IMG/VR virus record: IMGVR_UViG_3300037247_000810
Coordinates: 39,460 to 103,459 of that record
Length of the DNA stretch: 64,000 nucleotides
Strand: one strand, 5' to 3'
From: a virus
This document shows, in pieces, positions 26,830 through 38,214 of this stretch. The position numbers and the translations under genes are program-made. The notes under the pieces were generated by a model. The model did not search any database and was not told where the DNA came from. It saw only the letters and a program-made list of their open reading frames with translations. Every line of letters starts with the position of its first letter. Positions within the stretch are counted from its first letter, which is position 1.

Positions 26830-27699
26830 ATGGCAGGAGATACCAAGAGGATCGTACTGAACGACGTCCTGCTGCCGGGGCAGTACGCGGCAGGCGCGCC
26901 ACGTAGCGCGTTCTGGGGCGTCCCGCATGCGGGCGAGACGCCGGACGAGCAAAAGGCGTTCCACCATCACGTGGCCGTCCTGACCGTCCGCACCGATGAG
27001 TACAACATCGCCACAGCAGTCGGCATCGAATACTTCCACTCGGAGCCGCTGGCACGTGGGGCGGTGCTCCTGGCCGGGGGGCTGCTAATGGTGGGCGAAG
27101 CAAGTGTGCTCCCCCACTACGGTATGTCCTCGAACGAGGGCAACCGACGCGTTAACCTGCTAGTCTGCTGCGCGATAGAGGGCGTCGAGCAGGGCCGGGA
27201 GCGCAACCTGGTAACGGCGATGGTGCGCGACACCATTACGGCCATCAAGCATGATCACGGCGAGGTTACGGACACGGCGGTACGCGAGCAAATCTTCGCT
27301 GTGCTGACCCCGATCTTCCAGCAGGTCTACGGCGTGCCGCTGGCCGTTGACGAGATACGCCCTCGCCTGCCGAGCAAGACGGGCACACCGATCTCGGCCG
27401 AAGTCCATTCCGATGACCACATGGTAGAGGTCACGTTCGATGCGATCCCGTGGTTCGAATACGTGAGGGCCGAGGACATCGTGGCCCTCGCCAACTGCGG
27501 ATGGGGCGACGACTATCCAGCGGATATGGTGGCGACATATATGGCCGAGCACAGCGGCAACGTTCGCCGTCTGTTCCAGTACCTCGCCGTCATCGCGGAC
27601 GGGCCAACGTCCGTCGGCTTCAAGTGCCGCGTAGACGGAGAGCAAGCAATGGCCTGGCTCGCCGCCAACCGGCGCGAAGTCCACGAAGCCATCGAGTGA
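26830..27699 (+). CDS. hypothetical protein
   Basis: 289-aa ORF with RBS. Confidence 0.65.
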   Translation: MAGDTKRIVLNDVLLPGQYAAGAPRSAFWGVPHAGETPDEQKAFHHHVAVLTVRTDEYNIATAVGIEYFHSEPLARGAVLLAGGLLMVGEASVLPHYGMSSNEGNRRVNLLVCCAIEGVEQGRERNLVTAMVRDTITAIKHDHGEVTDTAVREQIFAVLTPIFQQVYGVPLAVDEIRPRLPSKTGTPISAEVHSDDHMVEVTFDAIPWFEYVRAEDIVALANCGWGDDYPADMVATYMAEHSGNVRRLFQYLAVIADGPTSVGFKCRVDGEQAMAWLAANRREVHEAIE

Positions 27700-27790
27700 G
27701 AGGAGGCCAAAGATGAGGAATGAACCGACGACGTCAGGAACTTGTCGGCGAGGCCGATTGGCGCAGACTATAGGAAGGAGGTACGACACT

Positions 27791-28408
27791 ATGCCGAATA
27801 CACTTTCGATAGAAGGACTATCGCTGGCGGCCGTCGAAGTAGTCTCTAAGCCCTTCGATTGGGCTGCCGAGGGCGAAGGCCAAGCATGGAACAACGTCTA
27901 CGCGCCAGGGGTTATGTGCCCCGACTGTGAGACGGTCTTCCCCGACGGGGAGGCCACCGCCACTTGCCCGCACTGTTCGAACGCTTACCTTGAGGAGCGG
28001 GCGGGCGATCCGATGATGAACTATGTCTGGCCCCTTCCCGCATTCGGAGGTGAGGACGGCGGGGCCGAGATCGCGCAGGGCACGCTGATGGAAGCGCGAA
28101 TCAACATCTGTCTGGTACAGGTCGCCGACATCGGGCCGGAACGTGACGACGAGTACGGGCTGGCGCTGACCGGCGGGGGCATGAACCTCGCATGGGACAT
28201 CGCGCAAGCGTATGTCCTGCTAGGGTACGTGCCGCCAGTGGCGCTGTACGATAGCCTGCCGTGCTTCGCAGGACAAGACAACTCGCAGGAGCCGTTCGCG
28301 TCTGTGCTGAAAGCCTGTCACCGGGGCCTCGAAAGCGCCCGAAACCGCCTAATCTGGGCCGAGAAAAAGCTCCTGGACTGTCAGACATGGACGGGGCAAT
28401 CGTTATGA
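27791..28408 (+). CDS. Zn-ribbon hypothetical protein
   Basis: CPDC/CPHC; ALTGGGMNLAW motif. Confidence 0.65.
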   Translation: MPNTLSIEGLSLAAVEVVSKPFDWAAEGEGQAWNNVYAPGVMCPDCETVFPDGEATATCPHCSNAYLEERAGDPMMNYVWPLPAFGGEDGGAEIAQGTLMEARINICLVQVADIGPERDDEYGLALTGGGMNLAWDIAQAYVLLGYVPPVALYDSLPCFAGQDNSQEPFASVLKACHRGLESARNRLIWAEKKLLDCQTWTGQSL

Positions 28409-29008
28409 GCACGCTGTACAAGATGACGTTCGGGCACCAGACGGGGCTATGCCGGGCCGTGGACGCCAACGACTGCGAGAAGTATATGGAGCGACGCATC
28501 GGCCTGGACAACGGCCCCGTCAAGGTGGAACTAGCGACCGAGGATGACGAAGCCTGGTTCAAGGGAATGGGCGGCGGGTTCATCTACTGCACGCCGGAGG
28601 CCCATCAGGAGGACAGAGAAGATGAGTGATAAAATCGCAGACACCATCCGCAGGATTCGCAAGCGGCCGGCGGCCGACCGACACGGACGGCCCAGCGGGG
28701 TGATGGTTGACTATACCGACCTCAAACACTACTTCGACATCCTGGATGTACACCTCGCTCCTGCTCTCAGAGCCGGGAATGCGGTAACGATCCATCCTAA
28801 CAGCACCGTGGGTCGTAACATCGTCTATCTCACGCAAGAGGACAGAGAAGATGGCTAACACCTGTCAGCAAGTCGTGGATGACCGAACGAAGCGCCGGTG
28901 CGGGAAGCCCGCAAGGCCACGGTTACGGTTGGGCCTGTACACCATTCTCTGCGATGAATGCGCCGCACGGGCCAAGCGATGTGCGCTTGCTGCCTGGGGG
29001 ATTGACTG

Positions 29009-29281
29009 ATGTGTGAGCTTGGTACAACCGAACTCGTCCGTGTGCGGATACCAGTCGACTTAGCGACTGGGGGGCGAGCTAAGTGGAAGCGAATGCGTAT
29101 CGATGCCTGCATCGCTCCATTAGTCCGAGCACTCCAAGAGGCAGGGATCAATATGCGCGGCTCGTGCTGTGGGCACGGACGGGGTTGCGGCGACATTCAT
29201 CTACAGGATGGCCGGATGTTAGTGATCTTGGACGAAGCGGCCGCAACGAAGTACCTGGTCAGCAAGAGGAAGGTGAGATAA
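29009..29281 (+). CDS. conserved phage hypothetical protein
   Basis: IDACIAPLVRAL..SCCGHG. Confidence 0.65.
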   Translation: MCELGTTELVRVRIPVDLATGGRAKWKRMRIDACIAPLVRALQEAGINMRGSCCGHGRGCGDIHLQDGRMLVILDEAAATKYLVSKRKVR

Positions 29282-29583
29282 CATGGCCAAGATCAGACGG
29301 CGATACTACGGCCCCAGGAACGACGAACAGAAGGACATCAAGTACGGCAAGCGGGTCGGCCCGCAGGGCAGCGGCCAGCAAGCCTACGCCGAGAAGAAGG
29401 GCCGGAAGGGGAAGTGATGATGCTACGGCAATTGGCCAAATTCCGCGCAGGCCGGTGGCTGCTAGATCGCATCCGACGTTATGAGTGGGCGCACTCGCGT
29501 CTTTGCTGGTGTCGGCCCAAAACGTGCGACCCTGATTGCACAGACTTTTGCTGCGGCCACCGTTGGACGATGGGAGATTGGTC

Positions 29584-30054
29584 ATGAACATCATTCTAGT
29601 ACCGGGCCTATTCGCCAAGGCGGAATTCTTCGCCACGCTGCGCGAACGGTTAGAGGATGGGGGCTTCCAATGCTGGGGGCCGGGCTTCCATATCAATACG
29701 CTAGTGCGGGATGAGTTGGAGCTACTGCGCCGCCGATGCCAGCGACTAGCGCCCGTCATCCTGGTTGGCCACAGCGCGGGCGGGCTGCTGTCCGTGCAGG
29801 TGGCCCGTGAGGGTTCAGCAGATGTGCGCGGCGTGATAGGCCTGGGGACGCCGGTGTTCGCGCACAAGCTACCCGTACCCTACTGCGAAGCCCGTTCAGT
29901 GTGGGGTACATTGCTGCCCAGCCCAGCCCATGAGGTCAAGCGGTTCCTGTCGCTCCATACGATGCTGCCGATGACGGGGGCCGTACAAGATTGGGTAGTC
30001 GAGAAGGTGAACGAGCTTGTAACAAACGACGCCGATGCGCGTTGTAGGAAGTGA
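29584..30054 (+). CDS. alpha/beta hydrolase (esterase/lipase)
   Basis: ILVPGL, GHSAGG nucleophile elbow, LGTP. Confidence 0.8.
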   Translation: MNIILVPGLFAKAEFFATLRERLEDGGFQCWGPGFHINTLVRDELELLRRRCQRLAPVILVGHSAGGLLSVQVAREGSADVRGVIGLGTPVFAHKLPVPYCEARSVWGTLLPSPAHEVKRFLSLHTMLPMTGAVQDWVVEKVNELVTNDADARCRK

Positions 30055-30061
30055 GGAGATT

Positions 30062-30334
30062 ATGACTGAATTACGCCGTTGCTCTCTGGAAGGTGATCTG
30101 CGTGTCTATCACATCCAGAACCCCCCACGCATGGGAGTTCGATATGATGTGAGCAGCCCGGCCGAGGGCTACAAGAAGATCGAGGCGCTTGCCGCCAAGG
30201 ACTTACGCAACCCCGACATCTGGGGCAACGCCTTTGGCCTAACCGTCCTTGAGGACGGCGAGTGGGTCGAATGGTACGACGACGAAGGCGATGACCTCGA
30301 TACCTGGGCCGAAAAGAAAGGGGTGACAGCATGA
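30062..30334 (+). CDS. P22 gp17-like anti-exclusion protein
   Basis: LRVYHIQNPP..V.S..EG..NAFGL..EWVEWYD. Confidence 0.55.
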   Translation: MTELRRCSLEGDLRVYHIQNPPRMGVRYDVSSPAEGYKKIEALAAKDLRNPDIWGNAFGLTVLEDGEWVEWYDDEGDDLDTWAEKKGVTA

Positions 30335-31604
30335 GTAAGACAGATGAACGGCTCGTGATCTTCGCGGTGAAGGGGCCGCACGCGAGCGACCTGAGCAAAA
30401 TGATGCTGGTGGTATCCAAGGCCCTAGAGGTCGCTGGTTACTACAGCGTCTACTGGCGGGAGACGAGTTTGAACGCAGCGTCCAAGGCCCTCGTCGCCAT
30501 CGAACAGGAGGAAGACCGTGGCCATGACGCTTGACGAGCTACGGCTACAGATTGCCAAGTACGCGCCGATAGTGGACACGCCTGCCGACCAGTACGCCCA
30601 CAACATCGTGGGCCTCTGCCTGTCACAGATCGCCAAGGAGTTCGGCGTGGCCGACGCGAACGAGGCCATCGAGGACTTCGGCCTGGAGGCCAAGGGCTGG
30701 AGCAAGCGACCTGTACCGGAGGGCGACTGATGGCCTGCCAGAATCCCAAGTATTATCTGCTCGCCGTGGAGCTAAGCGTGGCGATGCCAGATGATCAGAA
30801 TTTCGAGGATGTACAATTCGATGCGGTCATGGCCATGAAGCATCATCTACGACAGCTTGGCGTCCACGTCACAGGCACCAAGATCACTACGGTCGGCCCA
30901 TCCCACGAGCCGATCACCATCGAACGGGAGGCGGCTGGGGAGGTGGGCGACTGATGGACGAACCGACCGCTGATCTACTTGCCGTCGATGGACTGCCAAG
31001 TGCTTGACCTAGAACGGGTTGGCCCGTGCGGTGCTGACCCGCTATACCTACTGATCGAGAAGGACGGGACGTATATTCCCGTATGTCCAGAGCACATCAC
31101 TACCGATCCCGATGGGATGATTCTGCCTGCCATCAAAGTGGGGGAGGCCAACTGATGCATGAACGTCAACGTCGACGACTGCGGAAGGAATACCTGAAGT
31201 TGCGGACGCAGTACGACCGCAACTATCCCGCTGATGAGTGCGGCGTTGCCCTGGCCGAGTACATCCGCCCTGAGCTAGCCATGTGGAGGCGGCGGATGCA
31301 AGAAATCGAGGCCGAGGTCGAAGCGGCCATCAGAGAGGAGAGAGCACGGGGCAACGCCGTGCCATTCGAGACATGAGCGGGGAAATCATCGCCGTCTGGC
31401 AGGACGAACACTTTGGCTTCAATCCCGAAGGCGCGATAGGATGCCTACGCCACTTTGTCACACTCGACTTCCCGCAGCTAGAGCGCCGAACCGCGCTCAA
31501 TTTCATGATCATGGGCGACCCGCATCCGAGAGACATTATCGAGTGCACCGATTATTATGAGATTGAGCCGGAGCCGCCGCTCCTGCCATCACCGGAGGGC
31601 CAAG

Positions 31605-32051
31605 ATGAGTTCCTATAACCAAGTTGAGGAGACACGCACACTGGCCGAGACATTGGGCCTAGCAACCACGGAGGTTCTGGCCCTCTACGACGAATGTGCC
31701 GATCTCTGCGCGACAATCGCCGCGCAGTTCCCCAACACCTATGAGAACATCGCCAAGTACCGGCAGGCACACCACGCCCTAACGGCCCTAGACGAAGCAA
31801 AAACGGTGTTGGACGAGCCGCTAGAACGCCTTGATCCGCCCATTCGCAACTTATCGGTGACTGTGACCATCGGCAAACAGACCCGCTATAACCGGCCCAT
31901 GAGCCAGCGCGTCAGGCTTGGGAATGCGGTAGTGCGGCTGAAGGGCATCGTGGGAGCCTTGTCGGATGCGGACTGGACGGGACTATGCGAAGACCTAGCG
32001 GCCACGGTCGGCGAGCTAGAGGACGTGACGTTCCCGGAGAGATACGGGTAG
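31605..32051 (+). CDS. hypothetical helical protein
   Basis: GGAGG RBS repeat. Confidence 0.65.
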   Translation: MSSYNQVEETRTLAETLGLATTEVLALYDECADLCATIAAQFPNTYENIAKYRQAHHALTALDEAKTVLDEPLERLDPPIRNLSVTVTIGKQTRYNRPMSQRVRLGNAVVRLKGIVGALSDADWTGLCEDLAATVGELEDVTFPERYG

Positions 32052-32054
32052 GGG

Positions 32055-32116
32055 GGGCCAAATAACTATTGCCACGGACGGGCCGGACACTATTGCCGGG
32101 GCCGGACACTATTGCA
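32055..32116 (+). repeat. GGGCC-N3-5-(C)ACTATTGC x3, operator-like
   Basis: matches the motif at 16710. Confidence 0.7.
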
Positions 32117-32151
32117 CCGAGCCTCGACAACTATCAGAAGGAGATGACACA

Positions 32152-32697
32152 ATGTTGCACAAGCGATCAGAGGCAGGCACGCCACGGCGATTTGGCTCAA
32201 GCGCACGCCTAGTGCTAAACAAGATCGCCGTGACGATTGATAACGCGAAGACGTATACGGAGATGGCCGACCGTATGCGACGTGAGGCGCGCGGCATGCT
32301 CGTCGATCTGTTCGGGCTGATAGAGTCACCGGGCAGCGCCGCGTATCGCGTAGACGCCCTCCCGCATAAGGGGAGCATTCTATGTCTGGACTTGCGCGTA
32401 CACTATGAGCCGGACGGCGAGAAGATGGCCAGGGTGCTCGGCGACCGACTAGAGCTAGTGCTCACGCTCAAGCCGCACTTCGACACGAAGAAGGCGGCCG
32501 CCGCAATCAAGGCAGGCTGGATCACCGAGGCGGAATTGGCCAAGTGCGTAACGCCGGTAGCTCGGCCCGCAGCCATTCTACGTGACGCGGGTGACAGCAA
32601 CAGCATGACCCCGAAAGGCATCCCACTTGGCGAGGGCAGGGTAAACCCCCTGACGCTCGCAAAGGGGCTAAAGCTCGATTGGGGAGAAAGGAGCTAA
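32152..32697 (+). CDS. hypothetical protein
   Basis: AAGGAG RBS after the repeats. Confidence 0.65.
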   Translation: MLHKRSEAGTPRRFGSSARLVLNKIAVTIDNAKTYTEMADRMRREARGMLVDLFGLIESPGSAAYRVDALPHKGSILCLDLRVHYEPDGEKMARVLGDRLELVLTLKPHFDTKKAAAAIKAGWITEAELAKCVTPVARPAAILRDAGDSNSMTPKGIPLGEGRVNPLTLAKGLKLDWGERS

Positions 32698-32963
32698 AGA
32701 ACCATGCAAAACGGAAATCGGGATCAATTCACGGAGGCCATGACGGGGGCAATCAACGCGGCGCAGAGGCAGGTGGCCAACGAAACAGTGGGCAAAGTGC
32801 TCGGTACTATCATCGGCCTCGCATTCGCCACCTTCTTCCTACCATTCGTGGCCGTATACGCCTGGAACGGGATGACACCGGAGGGCTGGGTCGACCTGGC
32901 ATACCGGCCGACCGTGGCCGGGTTCTTCGTCTTCCGCGTCCTGCTGCATTGGGTGAGGACGGA

Positions 32964-33377
32964 ATGAGCAGCAAATACCCGCAGCATGACAAACTCAGGC
33001 CCGTCCGCGAGCAGAGCCAGACTGTCGGCGAGTTCGTCACGTGGCTGGCCGACACGAAGGGCTGGTTCCTGGCCACGTTCGACGAGAAACAGGATAACTG
33101 CCGCAACTGTCAACACCCCGACCGGCACAATATCAGTCGCGGAGGAAGAGCTTGGGGACGGTGCACATATGAGGACGATGAGGGCGAAGAATGCGCCTGC
33201 ACAAGCGCCGACTTCGGGAACCCCGACCGCATGTACCCGCCACCCTACAGCTTGGAGAAACTGCTGGCCGAATTCTTCGGCATCGACTATGACGAGCTTC
33301 AACTTGAGAAGGACGGGATGCTCGCCGAGATCAGGGAAAACACGCGCCGCCGAGAGGAGGGCCTGAGCGTTGGCTAA
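32964..33377 (+). CDS. hypothetical protein with Zn-binding insert
   Basis: SQTVGEF..LLAEFFGID; CRNC..CAC. Confidence 0.65.
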   Translation: MSSKYPQHDKLRPVREQSQTVGEFVTWLADTKGWFLATFDEKQDNCRNCQHPDRHNISRGGRAWGRCTYEDDEGEECACTSADFGNPDRMYPPPYSLEKLLAEFFGIDYDELQLEKDGMLAEIRENTRRREEGLSVG

Positions 33378-34156
33378 GCCGCACAAGGCAGACGAGATCG
33401 ACAATTGGGAAGATGTTCTAGCGCTGCCCGTGCCGAAACTCGACCATCCGACGATAGCCGATATGTTCGCATATCTCTTGGAGGTTGAAGGCCATCGCGC
33501 CATTGACCCCGATGCGACGGATGCATATGGCTACGCCGCAGCCCCCAACCCATTCTGCGGGGTCGAGGGGATGGGCCGAGGAGCCTGTCCTAGTTGCATG
33601 GCGCTGCGGCTGTACCGACACGGCCAGGTGGGGGGATGAGCACAACTACACGCGCCCGCCACTACACTGACCCAGTGACGGGGCTGACGAACATCCGGTG
33701 GCACCCCGAAGCCCACGAGTATCAATCGGTGGATGAGGTGAAGCGTATGGTCACGGGCCGGGCGAGCGTGGGAACCTGCCCACTTTGTCATCAGCCCTTG
33801 CCCGCAGGAACCGATGGTGAGGATAAGCCTGATGACGATTTGTAACGAACCAGCCATAGGAGTCGTTATAGATACCATGAGTCACGAACATCGTAACAAG
33901 GACGACACCATCCGGCGCTGCGACCTCGATTTCACCCACTTGGTCGGGCCGGAAGGCGGGCCGCTGACGTGGTGCATCCACGGTAAGCTCGACCCCGATA
34001 TTGGGTACTGCATCCACTCAGGTACAACGGGAGCCAAGGGCATTCGCATCGGTACGCCCTGCGATAATCCGTTCCTAGCGAGGAGGAATCTGCCGTAGAA
34101 GATGGTCGCCTACGTGCAGCAATCAAGCCCACTGGGGAAGTAGAAGGAGCCACACT

Positions 34157-34525
34157 ATGAAGATGAAGACCTTACTGATCGGAATCGCATTGCTGGCCGT
34201 GGTGTTCGTCGCCTGTGGCGGGCCACGGTACGGCGAGCCGCCCCATTCGTCCTGGAAGGAGCGCGAGGAATACTGCTTCTTCTTCCAAGTCGATCCCAAG
34301 GGCGGCAACAACAACAACGTCGGCTGGTCGGATACAAGGCCGATAGTCACGGAGACGGCAGCCGGACGGACACTCACCGCCGTCAATGCGAGGGTGAACC
34401 TCTACAACGAATACACCCACTTGCACGGCGACGCTAACGATGATTGGTTCCGGCCCGACGTGCTATGGGCGACGAGTGTGAACGGCGTGGTGAACGTCGA
34501 CCGCCGATGCAGGAACGAATTATGA
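34157..34525 (+). CDS. lipoprotein
   Basis: signal peptide with FVAC lipobox. Confidence 0.65.
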   Translation: MKMKTLLIGIALLAVVFVACGGPRYGEPPHSSWKEREEYCFFFQVDPKGGNNNNVGWSDTRPIVTETAAGRTLTAVNARVNLYNEYTHLHGDANDDWFRPDVLWATSVNGVVNVDRRCRNEL

Positions 34526-34825
34526 CGTGCCACATCAGGACGTGCGGACTGCCCGGCTGTGAGAAGCAGGTGGAACTTATCTATATGATAGCCTGCCAAT
34601 CGCAGGTCGGTGATAACGATAACTACTGCAAGATCGAGTTCTGCTCGGTTGAATGCGAGTGCAAGCACGAGTGCGAGGCCAAACCGTGACCACCGGCCTC
34701 ATCGTCCTACTCTGCACCGTCATCCTGGTCGGCTTCTTTCTGGAAATCAGTGTGCCTCGTGGTGGCCCGACCACCCAACCGCCGCCGTCACGCCCGCCAC
34801 CTGATGATCCGCCGGAGGACTATTG

Positions 34826-35749
34826 ATGCCTAAGATTTGCTATGTCGACAAGCGATTCAGCCAAAGCAGCGTCGCCATCATCGGCCAGGCGAACGCGATC
34901 ATCGCCGATTACGCGGCCCAGGGCTTCGACCTGACACTCCGCCAACTTTACTACCAATTCGTGGCCCGTGGCCTGATCCCGAACCAGGATAGCGAGTACA
35001 AGCGCCTCGGCAGCGTCATCAACGATGCGCGGCTCGCGGGCCTTATCGACTGGAACGCCATCCGGGATCGCACGCGGAATCTTCGGGCACTCAGTCATTG
35101 GGTAGGGCCACAGGACATCCTCAGGGCGAGCGCCGCACAATACCAGCGCGACCATTGGGTAGGCCAACTTTACCGCCCCGAAGTCTGGATCGAAAAGGAC
35201 GCACTCTTGGGTGTGATTACGCCTGTCTGTAACAACCTGGACGTGCCTTTCTTCTCGTGCCGTGGCTACACGTCGCAGTCCGAGATGTGGGTCGGCGGCC
35301 GCCGGATGGAGCGATGGATGAAGGAACCATCTGGACTACACAATGGGCAGGTGCCAGTCGTGCTGCATTTGGGCGACCATGACCCGTCGGGCATCGACAT
35401 GACGCGAGACATCATCGACCGGCTGGCGATGTTCTCCGGCGGCGTCGAGGTCAAGCGCTTGGCCCTGAACATGGATCAGGTCGAGGAGTACGGGCCGCCG
35501 CCCAACCCAGCCAAGATGACCGACAGCCGGTACATCGGGTACATCGACCTCTATGGCGAGAAATCATGGGAGCTTGACGCCCTCGAACCACAGATGATGG
35601 CCGACCTAATCACTGAGGCAGTCCTGGCCCTACGGGATGACGACATCTACCAGAACATGCTGGCCCGAGAGGAGCAGGATAAGACGCGCCTGAAGGCCAT
35701 CGCCAAGCGATGGGCAGATGTAACCGAATTTCTGGAGGACACGTCATGA
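34826..35749 (+). CDS. TopoVI-A/Spo11-like Toprim protein
   Basis: LTLRQLYYQ, VWIEKDAL, GDHDPSG, WELDAL. Confidence 0.8.
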   Translation: MPKICYVDKRFSQSSVAIIGQANAIIADYAAQGFDLTLRQLYYQFVARGLIPNQDSEYKRLGSVINDARLAGLIDWNAIRDRTRNLRALSHWVGPQDILRASAAQYQRDHWVGQLYRPEVWIEKDALLGVITPVCNNLDVPFFSCRGYTSQSEMWVGGRRMERWMKEPSGLHNGQVPVVLHLGDHDPSGIDMTRDIIDRLAMFSGGVEVKRLALNMDQVEEYGPPPNPAKMTDSRYIGYIDLYGEKSWELDALEPQMMADLITEAVLALRDDDIYQNMLAREEQDKTRLKAIAKRWADVTEFLEDTS

Positions 35750-36028
35750 TCGAAGCATTGCGGAGGTTCCTGAACCGGCGCTACTGGCGCAACTACACGT
35801 TTGCTGGTTGGCACCAGCAATGTGGCTGCCAGCGTTGCACCCTACACGCTGGACGCTGCCCATTTCCTGAGAGTGGAGAGCGCTACAGGCGTGCGTGGAA
35901 TAGTATCTTGAGCCTCTGCACGGCCTGCGCCCTGAGTCGCACTGACCTAACACTAGACCGCCCCGGATATGGGGGGAAGACCCAATGGGATCGACAGCAG
36001 GCGGACTATGGCCAGACGGGGGTGTTCC

Positions 36029-36460
36029 ATGAGTGATACGGATAGGCCCCGCGTCCTGTTCGTCTTACAGAATGCCTGGCGGCGTGGGGCCAAGGAAGGG
36101 GAGACGGAATGGCTCCACGAGAAGGCTTGGCTACGACTGCTGTGGCGTTCAATGACTGGCAAGCGGTTGAAGGAGATGATCCCCGACGGCATCGACTATG
36201 AGGTGGTCAACGCCACTCTGCGTATCGGCGACCGTGCGGCAGCCACATTCCCGGCCGACCACATGCTGATGCACGCACGGATGCGGGCACGGCAACCTGA
36301 CTTGGTGGTGCTCTGCGGCAAGGTGGCCCAGGAGCTAAGATTGGTGGTCAGCTTCGGGTACAGTTGCCCATACATCCTCGCGCCGCATCCGGCCTGGCGG
36401 CTGTTGTCGAAGACACAGACGGCCGAGGTCAGAGAGGAGATCGCCGATGCCCTTCGTTAG
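36029..36460 (+). CDS. uracil-DNA glycosylase-like fold protein
   Basis: VLFVLQN, TGKRL, VVLCGKVA, PHPA. Confidence 0.55.
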   Translation: MSDTDRPRVLFVLQNAWRRGAKEGETEWLHEKAWLRLLWRSMTGKRLKEMIPDGIDYEVVNATLRIGDRAAATFPADHMLMHARMRARQPDLVVLCGKVAQELRLVVSFGYSCPYILAPHPAWRLLSKTQTAEVREEIADALR

Positions 36461-36914
36461 ACCTACGCGCTACGTCATTGAGTACACCGACCGGCGGCGG
36501 TGGGAGGAGCTACACCGCGCTCCTCACGCGGAGCCCGCCGAGTCGGTCGACTTCCGCGTGTTCGCGGATGTGAAGACGCTGATAGCTGCCCGCAAGGAGG
36601 CGGCACGGATGCTGGCCGAGTGGGAGTTCGCGCAGCCGGTGATCTATCGGCGTGATTGGATTACGCCGGTCGCGTGGGACTATGGCCTGGTATCGGTGGA
36701 CGACGATGAAGAGTAACCTAACACGGTTCTGTCCAAGGTGCGGTGGCACAATGGAGCCCAGGAGCGACCTGTACGGGGAGTATGATTGCTGTATCAACTG
36801 CGGCTACCACCTGGACGTGCTGCGAGGGCCGCCCATAGAGTTGAAGCCCCCGTACCGGGGCGGGCCGACGAAGGTGGGACGGAGGCGCGGGCCATCAAGG
36901 AGGGGCCAGAAGCT

Positions 36915-37511
36915 ATGACCTATAGCAACGAACTACTGTACTACGCCACTGAGGAGAGCAACCGCATTGAGCAGGAGCCGATCAAGGGCCGCTCGTTCGA
37001 CAATCATTGGCGGGCCACACTATTGGCCCGGACGGCGGCAGAAGAGTTTACACTATTGCATCCCCGCGTCCTGCATCAACTATTGTTCGAGGGATTACCA
37101 ATGCCGCTGCTCATGGCCAACGAGCAGGCGGGCGGCGACTACCGGCCGCCGGGCGTGACCGCCTACGTGCAGCACGAAGACGGTAGCAAGCACGTCTTCG
37201 CCGACCCTCGCCAAGTGGAAGCGCTTATGCGAGCGTGGTGGGCAGAGTGGTGGAAGGCGTGGGCCTACCATGATCCGAACATCCAGAGCGACCTCGTGCG
37301 CTGGTGGTTCCACGCCTGGTTCGAGGCCATCCACCCGTTCGCTGACGGCAACGGGCGTGTCGGTCGCCTGCTCTGGTGGAACATGACAATGCTTGCGGGC
37401 CAGAAGATTGAAGTCATTGGCTCCGGCGAGGAGCGATTCGCTTACTATGACCGGCTGGAAGCCTGGCAGCGCGATCACTGTAACACCGAGTACATGAACC
37501 CGTTTAAGTAA
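36915..37511 (+). CDS. Fic-family protein
   Basis: HPFADGNGRVGR; ESNRIE at the N-terminus. Confidence 0.9.
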   Translation: MTYSNELLYYATEESNRIEQEPIKGRSFDNHWRATLLARTAAEEFTLLHPRVLHQLLFEGLPMPLLMANEQAGGDYRPPGVTAYVQHEDGSKHVFADPRQVEALMRAWWAEWWKAWAYHDPNIQSDLVRWWFHAWFEAIHPFADGNGRVGRLLWWNMTMLAGQKIEVIGSGEERFAYYDRLEAWQRDHCNTEYMNPFK

Positions 37512-37709
37512 GTGAGATGAAGAAGCTGTATCGTGTGAAGACGTCAGGCGTAAAGCGTGTGACCGTCACCCATCGAGTGTTCGCGGAAAGCGGGCGTGAG
37601 GCAAAGGTTCTGGTGATTACGGGCAAAGGCGAAAGGGTCAACCGAACCGAGCAATGGGTCGAAAAGCCCGACCTCACCGCCAAGCTAGATAAAGGAGAGG
37701 AGTAGCACT

Positions 37710-38213
37710 ATGTTCCCAATCATCCTAATCATCCTGTTCGTCGGACTTCTGGTGGTATCCGCCAAGGGCCTCGTGATCGCGCTACGGGCGAAGTACCCGC
37801 ATACCAATGATGGCTTGGGCGCGGCTTCTATCCTCGGCGGAGCGGTAGCTAGTGGTCTGTTGATTGCGATCACGGCAATCTGGCCCACGCTCTACTTCGG
37901 TAGCGTTGGCGAAATCACAAGCATGGAAGCATTCTATCACGATACGCTGTCGGCCTATGAGCACACGGTGACGGCCACCGGCAACATTGAGATCACGAAC
38001 GCCGAATCCGGTCTGGTCGACATCGCCTATCAAGAGCAGGGGGTCGCCACAAGCGAACGTCTGCGGGAGCTACGGGATCGAATCGAGTGGTTCAATGCGC
38101 GGTTGTGGCACTACGAGCGATTCAACACCTTCTTCATCGCCGACGGGTTCCTTGCTGACTTGCCGGGCGACCTGGCTCCGATTCGGATCGCCATCAATGG
38201 AGAGGAGGAATAG
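37710..38213 (+). CDS. membrane protein
   Basis: two TM segments; GAGGAG RBS. Confidence 0.65.
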   Translation: MFPIILIILFVGLLVVSAKGLVIALRAKYPHTNDGLGAASILGGAVASGLLIAITAIWPTLYFGSVGEITSMEAFYHDTLSAYEHTVTATGNIEITNAESGLVDIAYQEQGVATSERLRELRDRIEWFNARLWHYERFNTFFIADGFLADLPGDLAPIRIAINGEEE

Positions 38214-38214
38214 C

